62,922 nucleotides of DNA, filler included, from Basidiobolus meristosporus CBS 931.73 (GCA_002104905.1; 5 parts of 5 records of this genome joined end to end with filler, not necessarily neighbours in it); one strand, 5' to 3'; shown: positions 11,700 to 25,348, counted from the whole stretch's first letter. The notes: generated by a model from the sequence alone, not told the origin. Numbers and translations: made by a program.

Positions 11700-13800
11700 T
11701 AAGCCAAAGTCTTTGAAAGGCTTTCTTGACAACACTGCTTCTTTTATAGCTACATCAGCTGTTGTATACTATGCCTCTGTGCCTGGAGGTGCCAAAGTTA
11801 GTGGCTTTATTGAATTACATTAAGCTGTTTCTTTATAGTAAAGAATGGTCTTTCCTGCTGATCATCTTCTGTCATCTCAGCTTTATCCCCAATCAGTATC
11901 TGAGTATCCCATACAACTCTGATCTGAGTTACCATAGGCTTACCTTAAGCAGTTGTGAGTAGTTCCTTTTTATGCATCTAAAAAATCACTCATCTGCTGC
12001 AAGATGACCAGACCCACTGTTCAGATAATGCTGGCCAACAGCTCCTACAGGGTATGAGATATCTGGACATGTGCTTAGTATGCTATACATCAGACTGGCA
12101 ACTATGTATTGACTAGGGAGCTCTGAGCTGTCTAATGGCACCAGGGTCTCTTGATTTGGTTGAACTCAACTATATTAAATCTGTTTTAATTGGAAGAGCA
12201 ATCTGTTTGCAATCATTCATTTAGTGCTTCCTTACTATATCTTGAGTATAATTGCACTGACACAGGGTGATAGTTGGGCACTTCTGTATATAGCAAACCT
12301 GATTCCCAAGTAGTAACTGAATTTTCTCAGGTTGGACATCTTGAACCCCGCTTACAGCCTGCATTTATTCTCTTCCAAAGTTTCTTGCTTATTGGTGGCT
12401 AAAGTAAAGTTATCCATTTAGAGAGCATAGAGAGCTGAATTTTCAATACTGGGCTTATAGTAGATTTTATAGTCAGCAGTACTCCTCAGGGAATGCAATG
12501 ATTCTAAATAAGAATCTTTATTGCAATATTAGCCTCATGGTAATTGCTTTGGACCATATATAGAGTATTAAAGCTTGCATACAAAGTGGGGGTGATCCTG
12601 GTCAACAAGCCAATCAGATTTTTCAGCATACAACTCCTAATCATTTTCCCCATTGGGAAATGTAGTCATTTCTTTATTTGAAGAATAAACTACATATATC
12701 TGGTGGCAATAAACAATTTTAGCTGGATGGAATCAAACTTGGCTACCAGTGTAAAGGTCTCAGTTCTGTCAAGTCATTTTATTTAGTGATACTCTTTGAC
12801 CACTAGTCTTGATTTATATCTTTCAATTATACCTTCAGCCTTGTATTTTGCCCTGAATACCCATCTGCTTCCATATGACTATTACTCAATTGCCAATTTG
12901 ACCAGGTATAAAGTTTGATTTTCCTTCTTTTTCTGAATTCTGCACCATTTTCAGAGCATACTTTTTTGATTTTTCATCAGTTTGATGCTTTACCATAGCT
13001 CTGAGCTCCCTGGGCTTTGACAGAGCTTCTTCCTTTCCTTCTGTGAACTGGACCCATGCTTATCTTGTATAATAACCAACTGGAGTGATCAAGTACTTTA
13101 TTCTATTTATATATCAATTTTGCATAGGTCCACACAGATTTAAGCAAGTTAGGTCTGATTTATTCTCAGTAATATTTGGCCCAGAGCTTTTGAGCTACTC
13201 TCTGGCTTTTTTCCCATATATGCAGGCTTTGCAGAGCTTCAAATTAGCTGGGAAACCAATTTTTGCTCTGGAAAATAGCATATATTTGAACATTGTGGGC
13301 CATTAATGCATATCAATGTCTTCAGATCCTTGTGCCAAAGCATCACAGTTTCTTAATTTAATTTATTTGTATTTGCCTCCAGATACAATGGAACATAGTT
13401 TAGCATGCTTATACTCTGAGCTCTGATACCCAAAGTAGTACAGGCACCATTTTGATATGTGATCCTGCATCCAGAATGGTCAAAGCTGAAGCTGAGTCCT
13501 TTTACTGTGGCCTTATTTACAGATAGTAGAAACTTGGTTATTTTTGGCACATAGTGTGCATCCTTGAAGGCAGGTGTGAGGCTTCCTTCATTGCTTATGA
13601 GTTTTTCTCAAATAGCTCCTTCTCCAACTGCATCAAAAGTTCAATATTACCCATGAAAACCTTTGTGATTTTGTGATAATGAGTGCAAAGTTGTTTTTGG
13701 TGTCTAAAGTGTGGAGATGATCTAGAGTCACTACACCCTGTCTTGGAAGCCTTGTTTATGGTCTTATTCTAGCAGATAGGAATAGTATATCATCAGTTCT
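11700..13800 (-). mobile_element. Ty1/Copia remnant, internally deleted (PR, pre-integrase, part of IN, RT, RNase H)
   Basis: FLLSVNKAT (protease region), CKACIYGK..LCGPM, CSENGAEF then a jump to RYKSRLV..ETFTLVAKFDSI, ASLMYSILSTCPDISYPVG, GYSDTDWG. Confidence 0.8.
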
Positions 13801-14199
13801 TGCAGCATCTCCTTATTCATGTTTTATCTGCTAGTTCTCTTTCTTTTCAGGGCACTGATCTAGTGTGTGTGTTCATTCATTTTGCAATAGTTGCAAAACT
13901 AATTGTTGATGATGTTGAAGGGTTCAAATATCTCATTTGCTGGTTATCTTTGTTTATTGAAGTTTTCTCTTCTTCCTACTTGTTGGTGCTTATTTTCTTA
14001 ACTGTTTATCCAGGAGCTTCCATTTGTGTAACTTAAAGTTAAATCTTCAGTTCCAGACTCTGGGACTAATACAGGACCCTGACACATGGCTGTCAGGCCA
14101 CTCACAATGGGAACTATCATATCCCTTACTGTTGCTGGTATGCGCATAGTGTATATATCAGCAACCAGCAGGGTAATTCAGGTAGTTAGACTTCTCATC

Positions 14200-17100
14200 T
14201 CTTTTGAAAACTGCATCATTTTAGTAAGAGCTATTGTCTAAGATGCATTTACTTAGCAGTTAAAAATGACTGGTATATGGTTTGAAATGCCTTCCAGGTA
14301 CTCTTTGCAGCTTCTGCTCTTAAGCACTTGTCAAAGGTCACTTTGTTCTTTAGCCATGTATCCTTAAGTTGTTCAGCAGCTCTGCTGATATTTAAGCTAT
14401 GGTGATCAAGTTGCTGCATACAAGTTTCTAGGATGTCCTCAGCTGCATATCAGATTTCTAATTAAATGAGTTCCAAGTGAATGTGTCTAACTCAACTGGC
14501 AGTAGGCAGTCTTGTCAATAAAGTATCTCAAGTGGCAATTGTCCAGTTGTTCCATTAGTAGTAGCTATACCTGCCCAAAGTGCATGATGTAACTTTTGTG
14601 GCTGCTGTAAGGTATTACTCTCACAGCTCTTAGCTAGAGAACTCACCAAAGGACTAGGTCCTCTTTTTGCCATTCATTGGTCTGCAGGTTGCAATCTGTA
14701 GTAAAAGTAATGTGTACCTTGTACCTTAAGCAATATTCTAGGATCATCTGGGATATCACTTCTCCTCTGGCAGCAACAAATTGCTGGATACAGCCAAATT
14801 TGGATATAATGTCTTCAAGCATGAACCTCCATATGGTATGACTCATGTTGTTGGGCAAGGCTTGAGCTTCTGCCCACCAACTAATGTCATCTTTAGCAAC
14901 AGTCAACTACTTCTATGACCCAGCTGTTGGCATGTGAATAAGGTCAATGACAACCTTATGCCATAGGCAGCTGTATACCTAGGACTCAATGGTTCTTTGT
15001 AGTGCTTTGAAGACATCTTCCAACAGGCTACACATAATTCAATCAAGTGATGACTATTTGAGTATATGCCATTGTTGCAATATGAGAAGTGATCTGGATA
15101 CAAGGAACTTATCAAGAAATAGTGATAATAGTTGAGCTGTTGTTTATTCATACAGAAGTGCAGTATGTATACCTTTGTAGAAGTAATACAGCTGTAACAC
15201 CAAGTGAGGAGGGTTTCTCAACATTCAGGAGCATTCCGTAACAGTTTCAGGGTTAGTATGTTATGTTTGGTAAAAGTGTTAATTTGATTGTAACTATAGG
15301 AGAATAATTGTAGTTTCATAAATCTGAATAAAGTGGCAAATTTGGGGCTTATGAGTATCCTTAGAGATTGAGTAATCAGGCTCCAAGTCAATCTCTCTTG
15401 GTCTTTTATGGCAATTTGATGGATCTCTGCATCAATCATACTGTTAAAGTGGGGGTCCAGGTCTTCAGATAGTAGCAATCCCTACCTGGATAGTACATTG
15501 GACACAACATAGTCTTGCTAGGGATATGTTGGATCTCAAAGTCAAACATCTTCAACCATGCCATCCATTGGCTAGTGGCATTATCAGGTAAGTCAGGCTT
15601 ATTGATCATTACCATAAGTGGCTGAGCATTTGTCTCCAGGATGAAATATGTCATGTAGAGCTGAGATTATAGTTTCCTTAGCATCTTCATAACTTCTAGC
15701 AGCTCTCTCTTAATCTAAGAGTACCTTTGTTCTATAGGAGGGAAAAGGCAGCTCTCATACCTGCATGCACAGCAGTTGCCAACTTCATTGTCTTAGCCCA
15801 GTAGTGCTCCATCTCCTATAGAGCTTGCATCAGCCATCAACATTGGTGGGTACTCTTTGTTCTGAAAGATAACAGGTCTTCAAACTGATGGGGATACTGA
15901 GGCCTCCATTAGTAGCTGCATTGCATATTCTTATACTTCTCTCCATACACATGGGGTAATTCTCATTGTAGTCAGTAAATTAGTTCTGCAATTTCAAAAA
16001 ATCTTGGTATCCAGATTCTCAAGAGCCCACAAGCTTATCTTTGTCCAACAATAGATATCTCTGATGCACCAAAGCTGCTCTTCTCACCACTGATGGTGAG
16101 TCCTGCTTCTTCAATGGCCCCTAATATAGCATCATTGTCTAAGATCTGGTCATAGATAAACTTTCTTACTCCAGGCATAACTTCAATGGTGTTGCAAAAC
16201 TTTGGTCCCTTAATACCTATGTCATCAACAAAGTCTGCAAGTTTCTCAGGTATGAGCTAGTAGAACATATTTACTATATATCTCTGAAGCTGAACCATGG
16301 TGTTTGTAGCCCCTGGACTGAGTCTTGTCATCCTTAACACTCCAAATGGTGACTAGAGTGCAAGCATATCTCTTGATGTCTCATCTAGGGGAATCTGGTC
16401 ATATCCTGAGTTAAGATCATATATTTAGTAGATGGGGTGCCTACTAAAGCTTTTGTCAAAGTCATCCATAGATGGAGGTATTGTAGCATCTTTGATGGTT
16501 GCAATATTTGCAGGTTAGATGTCTTGTTTGAGCCGGAGCTTTCCATTCTTCTTTATGGTCACAAACCATCTGTTAGCATAAGGTCTATAGCAAGGCTCTA
16601 GGAAACCAGCTTTTATCATTGTGTTAAGTAGGGCATGCACATTAGCTTGGAGTCCTCTGGGCAGTGGGAAAAGCTTGATTGACCAGTGTATGGAGATCTG
16701 TATGAGTTTTGAAAGGTTTCTTAACCAAAGTCTTTAGGAGTAGGTTGTCAGGTTCCTCATCTTCCTCCATGGCAATTAGTGTCCACTGACAAGCAGAATG
16801 AGTTCTCTTATTATTAAGTGTTATACCATAGAAGGTAGGCTGTGATCCTGGGTTTGATCCTTGTATAGTTTACCACTGAGCCATCACAATAGCTGGTAGT
16901 AGTAGTCTTAGTACTGGTATGCCATGGTCTATCTAGCAGGAGGTCAAAGTTTGCCTTCTGGCAGATGAAGAGAGGTAGCCAGACTTTGAATCCTAGTACT
17001 TCAATAGGAAACTTGTGCACTGCACCATAGAGCAGGATAGATCCTGAGCTTGCATCAGTCATGTTGCATCTAATATCTCTATCAAAAGGCAGCAACTTCT

Positions 17101-17345
17101 TGCTTCTGAATGTCTTCCAATTTTTCCAACATACAAAGTGAGATTCTCCTACTGCAGTTTCTTAGTAATCAGCTGAGGGCCTGAGGAACTTGCTATCAAT
17201 GAGGTCATCTCAATGTGAGGAGGTGGGTCTTAAGTGGGCAGCATACATGGCTTCTTGTCAACCACTACCTCAGGTTCTTCAAATTATGGTTTTCTAAGGA
17301 TGGGTTTGACTGGCTCTTCTGGAAGTTGTCTTAGTGGCAAAGTAA
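14200..17345 (-). mobile_element. Ty3/Gypsy family 2 element (copy 2): PR, RT, RNase H, IN, degenerate
   Basis: NFDLLLDRPW (protease), AKDDISWWAEAQAL (integrase), LETNAQPL..WMAWLKMFDFEIQHIP (RNase H); colinear with 5455-7760. Confidence 0.85.
15073..15345 (-). repeat. LTR family D fragment inserted in Gypsy family 2
   Basis: Begins tgttgcaatatgagaagtg, like 22189; absent from the same position in copy 1. Confidence 0.7.
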
Positions 17346-17400
17346 AATAATATGAGAATGGGCACACTTGTTGGTGGGCATCACTATAACCCCACTACAA

Positions 17401-19378
17401 CACCACACTCTAGTATATTTTTACTCCAAAGGTGTTAGACTTGTTCCGTTGGATAGTGCCACAAATGATGCCATAGTGTGCCAGAGAGGCCAAATGAGCC
17501 TCTACCTGGCCACAGAGTGTGAAACATAGCTCCACATCTTCATACAAAGCAACCCCTGTGTTTCACCCATTGTGTTGGAGAAAATCTATTTTATGACCTT
17601 TTTTTTTGGATCAATGTTGTGCAGGATGTGTTAGAGCACAAGCAGATTGAAGATATGCATCTGGTACTCAATACCCATGGCACTCTGAATCTAGCTCCTG
17701 TAGCTTGCATCATGTCACAAAAATGAATGGCACTATCTTGGTCCACTGGTACTATCTGACACTATAAGTGCTTTTTATAGATCTTACTTTGGGGCTAATA
17801 TTTAAATATAGTGCCAGATAGTACCAGTGAACCAAGATAGTGCCATTCATTTTTGTGACATGATACAAGCTACAGGAGCTAGATTCAGAGTGCCATGGGT
17901 ATTGACCACCAGATGCATATCTTCAATCTGCTTGTGCTCTAACACATCTTGCACAACATTGCTCCAAAAAAAAAGGTCAAAAAATGGATTTTCTCCAACA
18001 CAATGGGTGAAACACAGGGGTTGCTTTGTATGAAGATGTGGAGCTGTGTTTCACACTCTGTGGCCAGGTAGAGGCTCATTTGGCCTCTCTGGCACACTAT
18101 GGCATCATTTGACACTCATGGCTCAATGTGCCACTATCCAACAGAACAAGTCTGTTATCTAGAAGTATAACAAGATGGAGTGCGTACACTCAGCAATTTG
18201 ACTTGGAAAATGTCTACTGCCTGGGCAAAAATAATACTGTTGCTGATGCCTTATCAAGACTGCAACAGGTTGCACAACTTAGTTAGGTGCATAATCAGAA
18301 TGGCCTAGCTTATTACCAAAGTACTTGGAGGACAAAGCCATTCCTAACAAGGTGTATGAAGAGTTCAAGAAGATAATCATTGATGAAGACAGCAAATATG
18401 TAGTACAGGATGAAACAATCTACCAATTTGTTGATGGAAGCCCTATTACCTATTGCCCTTATGTTGCTTGCCTGGACTTATCACATAAGCTATGCAACAA
18501 ATATGAACATCTTGGAATTGAAGGATCCTATAGCCTTGTGAAAGCTAGAGCATGGTGGCCTATATTGAGATAAGATATCAAAAAGCTAGTAAAAAAATGC
18601 CCAAATTGCCCAATCAACCAAGGCCAACCACAGAGAATTGCTGAACACTTTCCCTCAGAGCCTGTAAGACTACAAGAGATGTGAAATTGACTTTATTGGA
18701 AGATTGCCAGCCACCAGGAAATGCAACAATTAGATTTTGTACTTGGAAATGCAGCAGTTCAGACACCTGAAAGCCTTAGCATATCATCCTAGAACAAATG
18801 AAGTCACTGAACAGTCAAATGCATTATCTGGAAATATGCTGGCTAAGCCTAAAACAGAGCTGTCTGCTGATGGGATGCATATATAGACCAAGCACTTTTT
18901 ACCTGCAGAGTTAGAGTGCACAACACCACCCACCAATTGCTATTTACTTGGGCCAAAGTTTTTCCAAGTGCAGTAATTATGAGGCAGATATTTGATAAGA
19001 CTATATCACCAGAAAAATTGCCAGTTGGCAACTTTGTACTGTTGAGAAACAACACTTGGAAGAAGTTTGAGCCACAATGGACAGGATCATTCAAGACCAT
19101 CACAGAGAGATCATTTTAACCTAACAACTAGTGGACAAGCAAAGGAATATCCAGGAAGATTTAGTTCATAGAGACAGATTCAAGCTTACAAGACTTGCTG
19201 ACAATGCTGAACCATCCAAGTATTGGTATCACAAGAAGAGAAGCTCAGGAGAACTCTTGCAACTTTAGTAGAAGAGAATGCTATGATCCACCACTTGGAT
19301 ATCTAAGTTAGTTCAGGTGAATACAACACTAGCTAAGCTCCCTATTCCTCTACAACTCTGATTTCTAGACTTGTAATG
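17401..19378 (+). mobile_element. Gypsy family 1 remnant (RNase H end, IN, PPT, deleted 3' LTR at 19279-19378)
   Basis: Colinear with the reverse complement of 22694-24150; PPT tttagtagaagagaa followed by tgctatgatc; interrupted by a MITE. Confidence 0.85.
17437..18153. mobile_element. Foldback MITE 1 (717 bp), TSD GTT
   Basis: Inverted arms 17437-17766 and 17807-18153 with a 40-bp spacer; removing it plus one GTT restores the pol reading KVLSRSITRWS. Confidence 0.9.
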
Positions 19379-19439
19379 AGGGGAATATTCTGCACAAGTC
19401 GCAACAAGTTATTAATCAGTATTCTCTACAACTATTAGA

Positions 19440-20403
19440 TAAAGATCTATATGACTAAGTTGGATGAATATATGTGGAATTGTCAAATATACTGCACATT
19501 CTCACAAATCATCACAGCATATTTTCTTAATTTTTCAAAGGATTCTATCCACACCATAGCTCTCTACTTACTGAGCTTAGACTGAGCTTCTTCTTTTCTT
19601 TGCATGAAATATTCACAGGAATAACTTGACTAAACATCAAACCAAATATTCCAATACTTGGGACTTGTTCCATTATACCATTCCAGGGTGCGCAGCGCAA
19701 TCTGCGGTCTCTACAAACAATTGGGTGCAATATTGTAGCTACCAGTAGGCAGGACTGCTCTTGGACAATTTTGCACCATATGGGACAATCTTGCACACTA
19801 TGTCACAATCTGACATAAGGAGGTTGGTGAAAATGATTGCGCCCACTTGTAATGTTTGCATCACATGCGCAATTGGATACCACTATTATGGTAGGTAAAA
19901 TCCGGTATTTGGATATGTTTCTTTAATGTAAATGGAAATAAATGCATATCACACCATAAACTACACTGATACTTAACATTTTGGTTACCATCACTCCAAT
20001 TGGATGGTATTTCAGTGTTTGATTAGTCCAAAAGTATCCTGAAGCTGTCAGCCCCCAATTGGCTCTTTGACCAATACACAAGCTACCTGATCTGCCATGA
20101 AATATCACATTTTGCCCATTAAGAAGTAAATCCTTGATCCTAGTGATTGGACAAGGTGTCATAGCCAGCTTGCAACCAATTGTATGGGTGCAAATCAGAT
20201 CAAATGGCTGCACAGGTGCCACAGTTGATGTAAACATATGCAGGGTGTTTATATATAGGGGTCCTGTCTCAAATGTGGGAAAACCTTGATATTGTTTATG
20301 TCAAAAAATTAGTGATCACTGATTTGCAATGGCTTGATGCAGATTGCAAAAAAAATGTGTTGTTCAGATTATTACAAATAATAGCAATTTGATGCAATTT
20401 CAT
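19440..20403 (-). pseudogene. Cryptic ORF3 of the PHIS element (~320 codons, scattered stops), unknown function
   Basis: Starts at a TAATG overlap with the ORF2 stop; frame conserved in copy E (31469-32010). Confidence 0.55.
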
Positions 20404-21952
20404 TATCTTCTCCTAGGCTTTTTCCTCACAGGGGTTACTACTGAAGCATTTAGTAGTGATTCACTTTGCGCACCTAAACTACTTTCTTGTTGACTATCCT
20501 CTTGGCTGCTTGTGTATTTGTAGTCAGTATTTTGCCTCCTGTTGATGAGTGCAATGCTGCATCTTAGCCATGCTGGATTGCTCCAGATGATGCAACTGAG
20601 CTGGGCTGCGGTGCTATGTGCTGATGCGTTCTTTTACTTGCCAAAGGCACTGGTGGTGGAGGCACGTCATGTGGGTCATCATCAGTCAGTTCACCAGCAG
20701 AAACTTGCTGATGGTCAGGTGTAATAGCATGTGCAGATGCAACTTGATGTGCTGGCATGGCCCTTGGCTGAGTTTGATGTGATGCCGCTTGTTGACGCAA
20801 CTTGGCCCACTCCAATGGACTTGTGTCTTTTTGAGCAGTTGGGTGGGTTCCGGTGGTTTTGCTCTGAAGTGCATGCATTGACCCAATGCACGTTGAGTCA
20901 ATGCAAGGCACTCTTGCGAAGGGTGTTGGTGTAGTTTGGACTGATGTGTGCCGGCATGCCAAAGTTGCAAGGGATGGTAAGGAATCCAGCAAGGCTTGCT
21001 GGTGTCATCTGGACAATGTTGCTTGCGGTCAGTATTCTTCCTTGTGAAGCTCACCTTCTGATTCCTCAAGGTATTCACTTACACTCTGTGTAGTACTTTA
21101 GAACTGTTGCCTGGAAGAGTCCAGTGTATATTGCTCTCAGAAGCCACTCAGCCCTACTAATATATCACATAATATATTAGTCATTTGGGGCAAAAACTCA
21201 TTCAAGATCTCTTTGGTTCCTCAAGTCAAGGCACACACAGATGTGTCCACCTATCTCTGTAAATTGCATGCAACATTGTTCCTGCGTGGCTTCCTCACCA
21301 AATCCCCTCACTCTTGACTCATTCTTGATTTCAATACTGTCTTGTTATATATCTTCCTACATACATCCACTGGCATCTTAATGTAGAGCTGATGCCACAA
21401 CTTTCTACCCAGGTTCTTCCATCTCTATAGACTCTCCAAGGTATCTGGTTTGGCTAGATTAATGAGTAGTGCCCAAATATCTGTATGAAGGCTCATCATA
21501 GACACTTGGGCCATACTGAAATCACTTGGCAAGAGCTCGAATGGATCCAACATTGCCTTTTCTGGTCCAGTCTGCACTTGTGAGCTGGGGGATGGGTTTT
21601 GTCTGGGTTGTACTAAAGATGAGTTGAGACTTGGTATAGGGACCATAAGGATGGATTTGGATACTTATACAGTAGTGTATTGGCATCAAACCGGTCTTAT
21701 ATGAAATATATATGAAAACTAATGTGATTGATTATAGACTTGTGAGTAAAACATCATTAAAAGTACCCAGTCATTGTTTGAGGATTATTTTTGCAACATA
21801 ATGATGGGGTACATGGCAATTGATTGGGATCTAATCACAATGCATGGAATATTAGATAAATAAAGCTGATTGCGCCAAATCAAGTCAAATCACCTTGACC
21901 CAATCCTCCACCAATTTTAATATGACTTACTCATCTGAATGGTTGTTTCTCA
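19440..21952 (-). mobile_element. PHIS/Harbinger-like element copy A: ORF2, cryptic ORF3, intergenic region and first 10 codons of transposase
   Basis: Aligns with 25458-26870 and, reversed, 30848-32010; transposase ATG at 21922 is cut by LTR-A at 21953. Confidence 0.85.
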
Positions 21953-22693
21953 TGTTACAAGTCTTGGTATAAGAGTTGTAGAGGAATAGGGAGTTTAGCT
22001 AGTATTGTATTTACTAAAACTTGAACTGATTTTTATTGAGGTTCCAGCAGCTCCTTATATACATTTTGCCAGATCAATTGCTGACTAATTGTATTTCCTA
22101 ATGTAGGTTGTGGCTGATAACTCATTTGATTGCATCATCATCACCCAATAAGATCCTACTTGATATATCTATTTCTGTCTGATAAGGATGTTGCAATTTA
22201 AGAAGTGATTTGGATATAAGGAACTTATCAAGAAATAATGATAATAGTTGAACTGTTGTTTATTCATAAAGAAGCTCAGTATTTATACCTTTGTAGAAGT
22301 AATACAGCTGCAACGCTAAGTAGGGAGGGTTTCTCAATATTCAGGAGCATTCTGTAACAGTTTCAGGGTTAGTACATAATGTTTGGTAATAGTGCTAATT
22401 TGATCCTGACTATAGGGGAATAATCATAAGATCATATATCTGGAGAAAGTGGCAAAGTTAAGGCAGTAAATGAGTCCTACAGTGACTAAGACTAGCCTAG
22501 AATTGTTAAGTAAATTTTTAGCTGCTGAATGATACCAAATAGTCCAATATTTCAACAAAGGATATGCCGATTCATTTGCTGACTAATGCTACTGATTTCA
22601 TAAATAATACGGATATACTGATAACCTAAACATATACTAATTGATTTGACAAAAACTGATCTAACTTAAACATGCAAGCAGCAGATCATAACA
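21953..22693 (-). repeat. 3' LTR family A, interrupted by a solo LTR-D
   Basis: TG...CA termini; PPT agtaggggagaa immediately upstream on the minus strand (22694-22705). Confidence 0.85.
22189..22557 (-). repeat. Solo LTR family D (369 bp), TSD AAGGA
   Basis: TGTTG...CAACA termini; aagga at 22184-88 and 22558-62; TATAAATA then AATAAA on the sense strand. Confidence 0.85.
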
Positions 22694-23138
22694 TTCTCCC
22701 CTACTAAAGTTGAGAGGGTTCTCCTGAATCTCTTTTCTTGTGATATCAATATCTTGATGGTTCAGTTTTATCAGCAAATCTTGCAAGCTTAAGTCTGTCC
22801 CTATGCACCAAGTCTTCCCAGATATTGCCTTGTTTGTCCACCAGTTGGTAAGTTGCAAATGGACATTCTCTGATGATCTTGAATGGTCCTGTCCATTGTG
22901 ACTCAAACTTCTTCCAAGTGTTGTTTCTTAGCAATACAAAGTTCCCAACTGTCAATGCTTCTGGTGCTATAGTCTTATCAAATATCTGCTTCATCTTTTC
23001 TGCACTTTGAGATACTTTGGTCTGTGCCTCTTGATGTCTTTGTTCCAGTTGCTGGTGTCTACTTGGCTGACTGAGTTCATCTTCTAAGGTGTCTGTAAGT
23101 TTTGGTTGTGTGAGATCTCCTGGAATCCTTGGTTCACA

Positions 23139-24647
23139 TCAATAAACTAAGTAAAATGGTGATTGCTGGGTGGTGTTGTCTACTCTGACTCTGCATGCAA
23201 AGAGTGCTTGGTTGATATACTCATCCCATCTACTGACAACTCCATTTGCATACTTGGTCAGCATTTTTCCAAATAATCCATTAAACTGCTCAGTGACTCC
23301 ATTAGTTCTGGGGTGATATGCCAAGGTTTTCAGGTGTCTGATCTGTTGCATTTCCAGGTAAGCCTCTGATGTCTTTGCCATAAAGTTTGCTCCTCTATCA
23401 GATAAGATATCCACAGGGCATCCAAGCTTTGTCAGGATCTCATGGTAAATGAAACTTGCAACTTCTTGTTCACTGGCTATTGGTACAGCTTTAGCAACTG
23501 GCCATTTAGTGGCATGGTCAATTGCTACTAGGATCCAACGGTTGCATTTCCTGGTAGTTGGCAGTCTTCCAATAAAGTCAATTCCCCATCTCTCAAATGG
23601 TCTTACAGGCTCCAAAGGGAATAGTTTGGCAATTCTTTGTGGCTGGCCTTGATTGATTTGGCAGTTTTGGCATGTTTTCACTAGCTTCTCAATATCTTGT
23701 TTCATTCTGGGCCACCATGCTCTGGCTTTCACAAGGCTATAGGTTCCTTTAATCCCAAGATGTCCATATCCATGGTGTAGCTTGTGTATTAAATCCAGGC
23801 AATCAACATAAGGATAATAGGCAATAGGGCTTCCATCATCAATTTGGTAAAGTGTTTCATCCTGTACAACAAATTTGCTGGCTTCATCATGGATTATCTT
23901 CTTGATATCTTCATCCACCTCATTAGGAATGGCTTGGTCTTCCAAGTACTTTGGTAATAGGCTAGGCCAATCTGATTCATGCACCAAGTTGAGTTGTGCA
24001 ACTTGATCTAATCCTGATAAGGCGTCAGCAACCGTGTTGTTTTTTCCAGGGCAGTAGACAATCTCCAGGTCAAATTGCTGAATGTATTCACTCCATCTTG
24101 TCATTCTTCTGGAGAGTACCTTCTGAGTAAATATATACTTGAGGGAGGCATGATCACTCTTCACAGTGCATTTGACTCCTTCAATATAGCATTTCCATGT
24201 CTTCAAACAGTGTATTATAGTAAGTATCTCCTTCTCATGGACTGGATAGTTTTGTTCTGCTGAGTTCAGTTTCTTGGATTCAAAGGCAACAGGGTAGTCC
24301 TTTCCCTTGTGTTCTTGGCTCAGCATGCCACCAATTGCATAATCTGAAGCATCTGTGCACAGAGTGAACTCTTTTCTGAAGTCTGGTATTCTTAAGCTTG
24401 GCAGCTTAGCAAGTTCATTCTTGAGCGTCTGGAAGGCAGTCTCACAAGCTGTGTCCCACTTGTAGGTATTGTCTTTCTTGAGGATATCAGTTAAAGGGGC
24501 TGCAATACTTGCAAACAACTTGACAAATCTCCAATAATAGGAAACCATTCCAAGGAATGATCTAAGTTCTGATATGCTATGGGGCTGCTTCAAATTCTTG
24601 CTAACTTCAACCTTCTTAGGGTCTAAGGTCACTCCTGTGCTAGTCAC
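23139..24647 (-). pseudogene. Gypsy family 1 pol: RT C-terminus, RNase H and integrase
   Basis: TDASDYAIG..EKEIL..SDH (RNase H); H-H-C-C zinc finger; WGIDFIG, ILSDRG, TNGVTE; the frame continues after one stop through WTGPF to ~22746; no chromodomain seen. Confidence 0.93.
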
Positions 24648-25348
24648 TATGTGTCCCAGGTATTCAACGTATCCTTGAAGAATTCACACTTGGCTAGCTT
24701 GCCATATAGCTTGTTCTCTCTTAGTTTCTTCAAGACCTTTTCAATGTGCACCATGTGATCCTTTTCTGTCTTGCGGTATATCAATATGTCATCCAGGTAG
24801 ATTATCACAAACTTGTCTAAGTACTCCTGAAAGACAGTCTGCATCAGCGTCATGAATGTTGCCGGGGCATTAGTGAGGCCAAAACTCATGACTAAGTACT
24901 CGTAATGTCCATATCTGGTCCTGAATGCGGTCTTAGGGATATCTTCTGGTTTCACCCTAATCTGGTGGTATCCTGACATGAGGTCAATCTTGCTGAAAAT
25001 AGTGGCTCCATTAAGTTGGTCCAAAAGCTCATCAATCCAAGGTATGGGGTACTTATTCTTGACAGTAACTGAGTTCAGGGCTCTGTAGTCAATGCACATC
25101 CTAAGTGTTCCATCCTTCTTTTTCACAAAAAGCACTGGTGTTCCCCAGGGTGACTTGCTGGGCTTGATGTATCCTTGCTCCAATAGCTGATCAATTTGTC
25201 TCTTCATTTCCTCCAATTCCAATGGACTCATTCTGTAAGGTGTCTTGCTCACTGGAGGGCTATCACCTGTGTTAATGGCATGATCTATGTCTCTGACTGG
25301 TGGTAGGCTTACAAGCTCATCTGGAAACACGTCTGAATATTTCTTCAA
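24647..25348 (-). pseudogene. Gypsy family 1 reverse transcriptase (1-nt frameshift near 24665)
   Basis: [35 protein letters not shown]. Confidence 0.95.

Noticed and set aside
15073-15478. ORFs 15218-15478, 14903-15151 and 1032-1241 as shared Gypsy linker coding sequence
   Set aside because: The shared segment is non-coding LTR-D, shown by its termini and TSD at 22189-22557.
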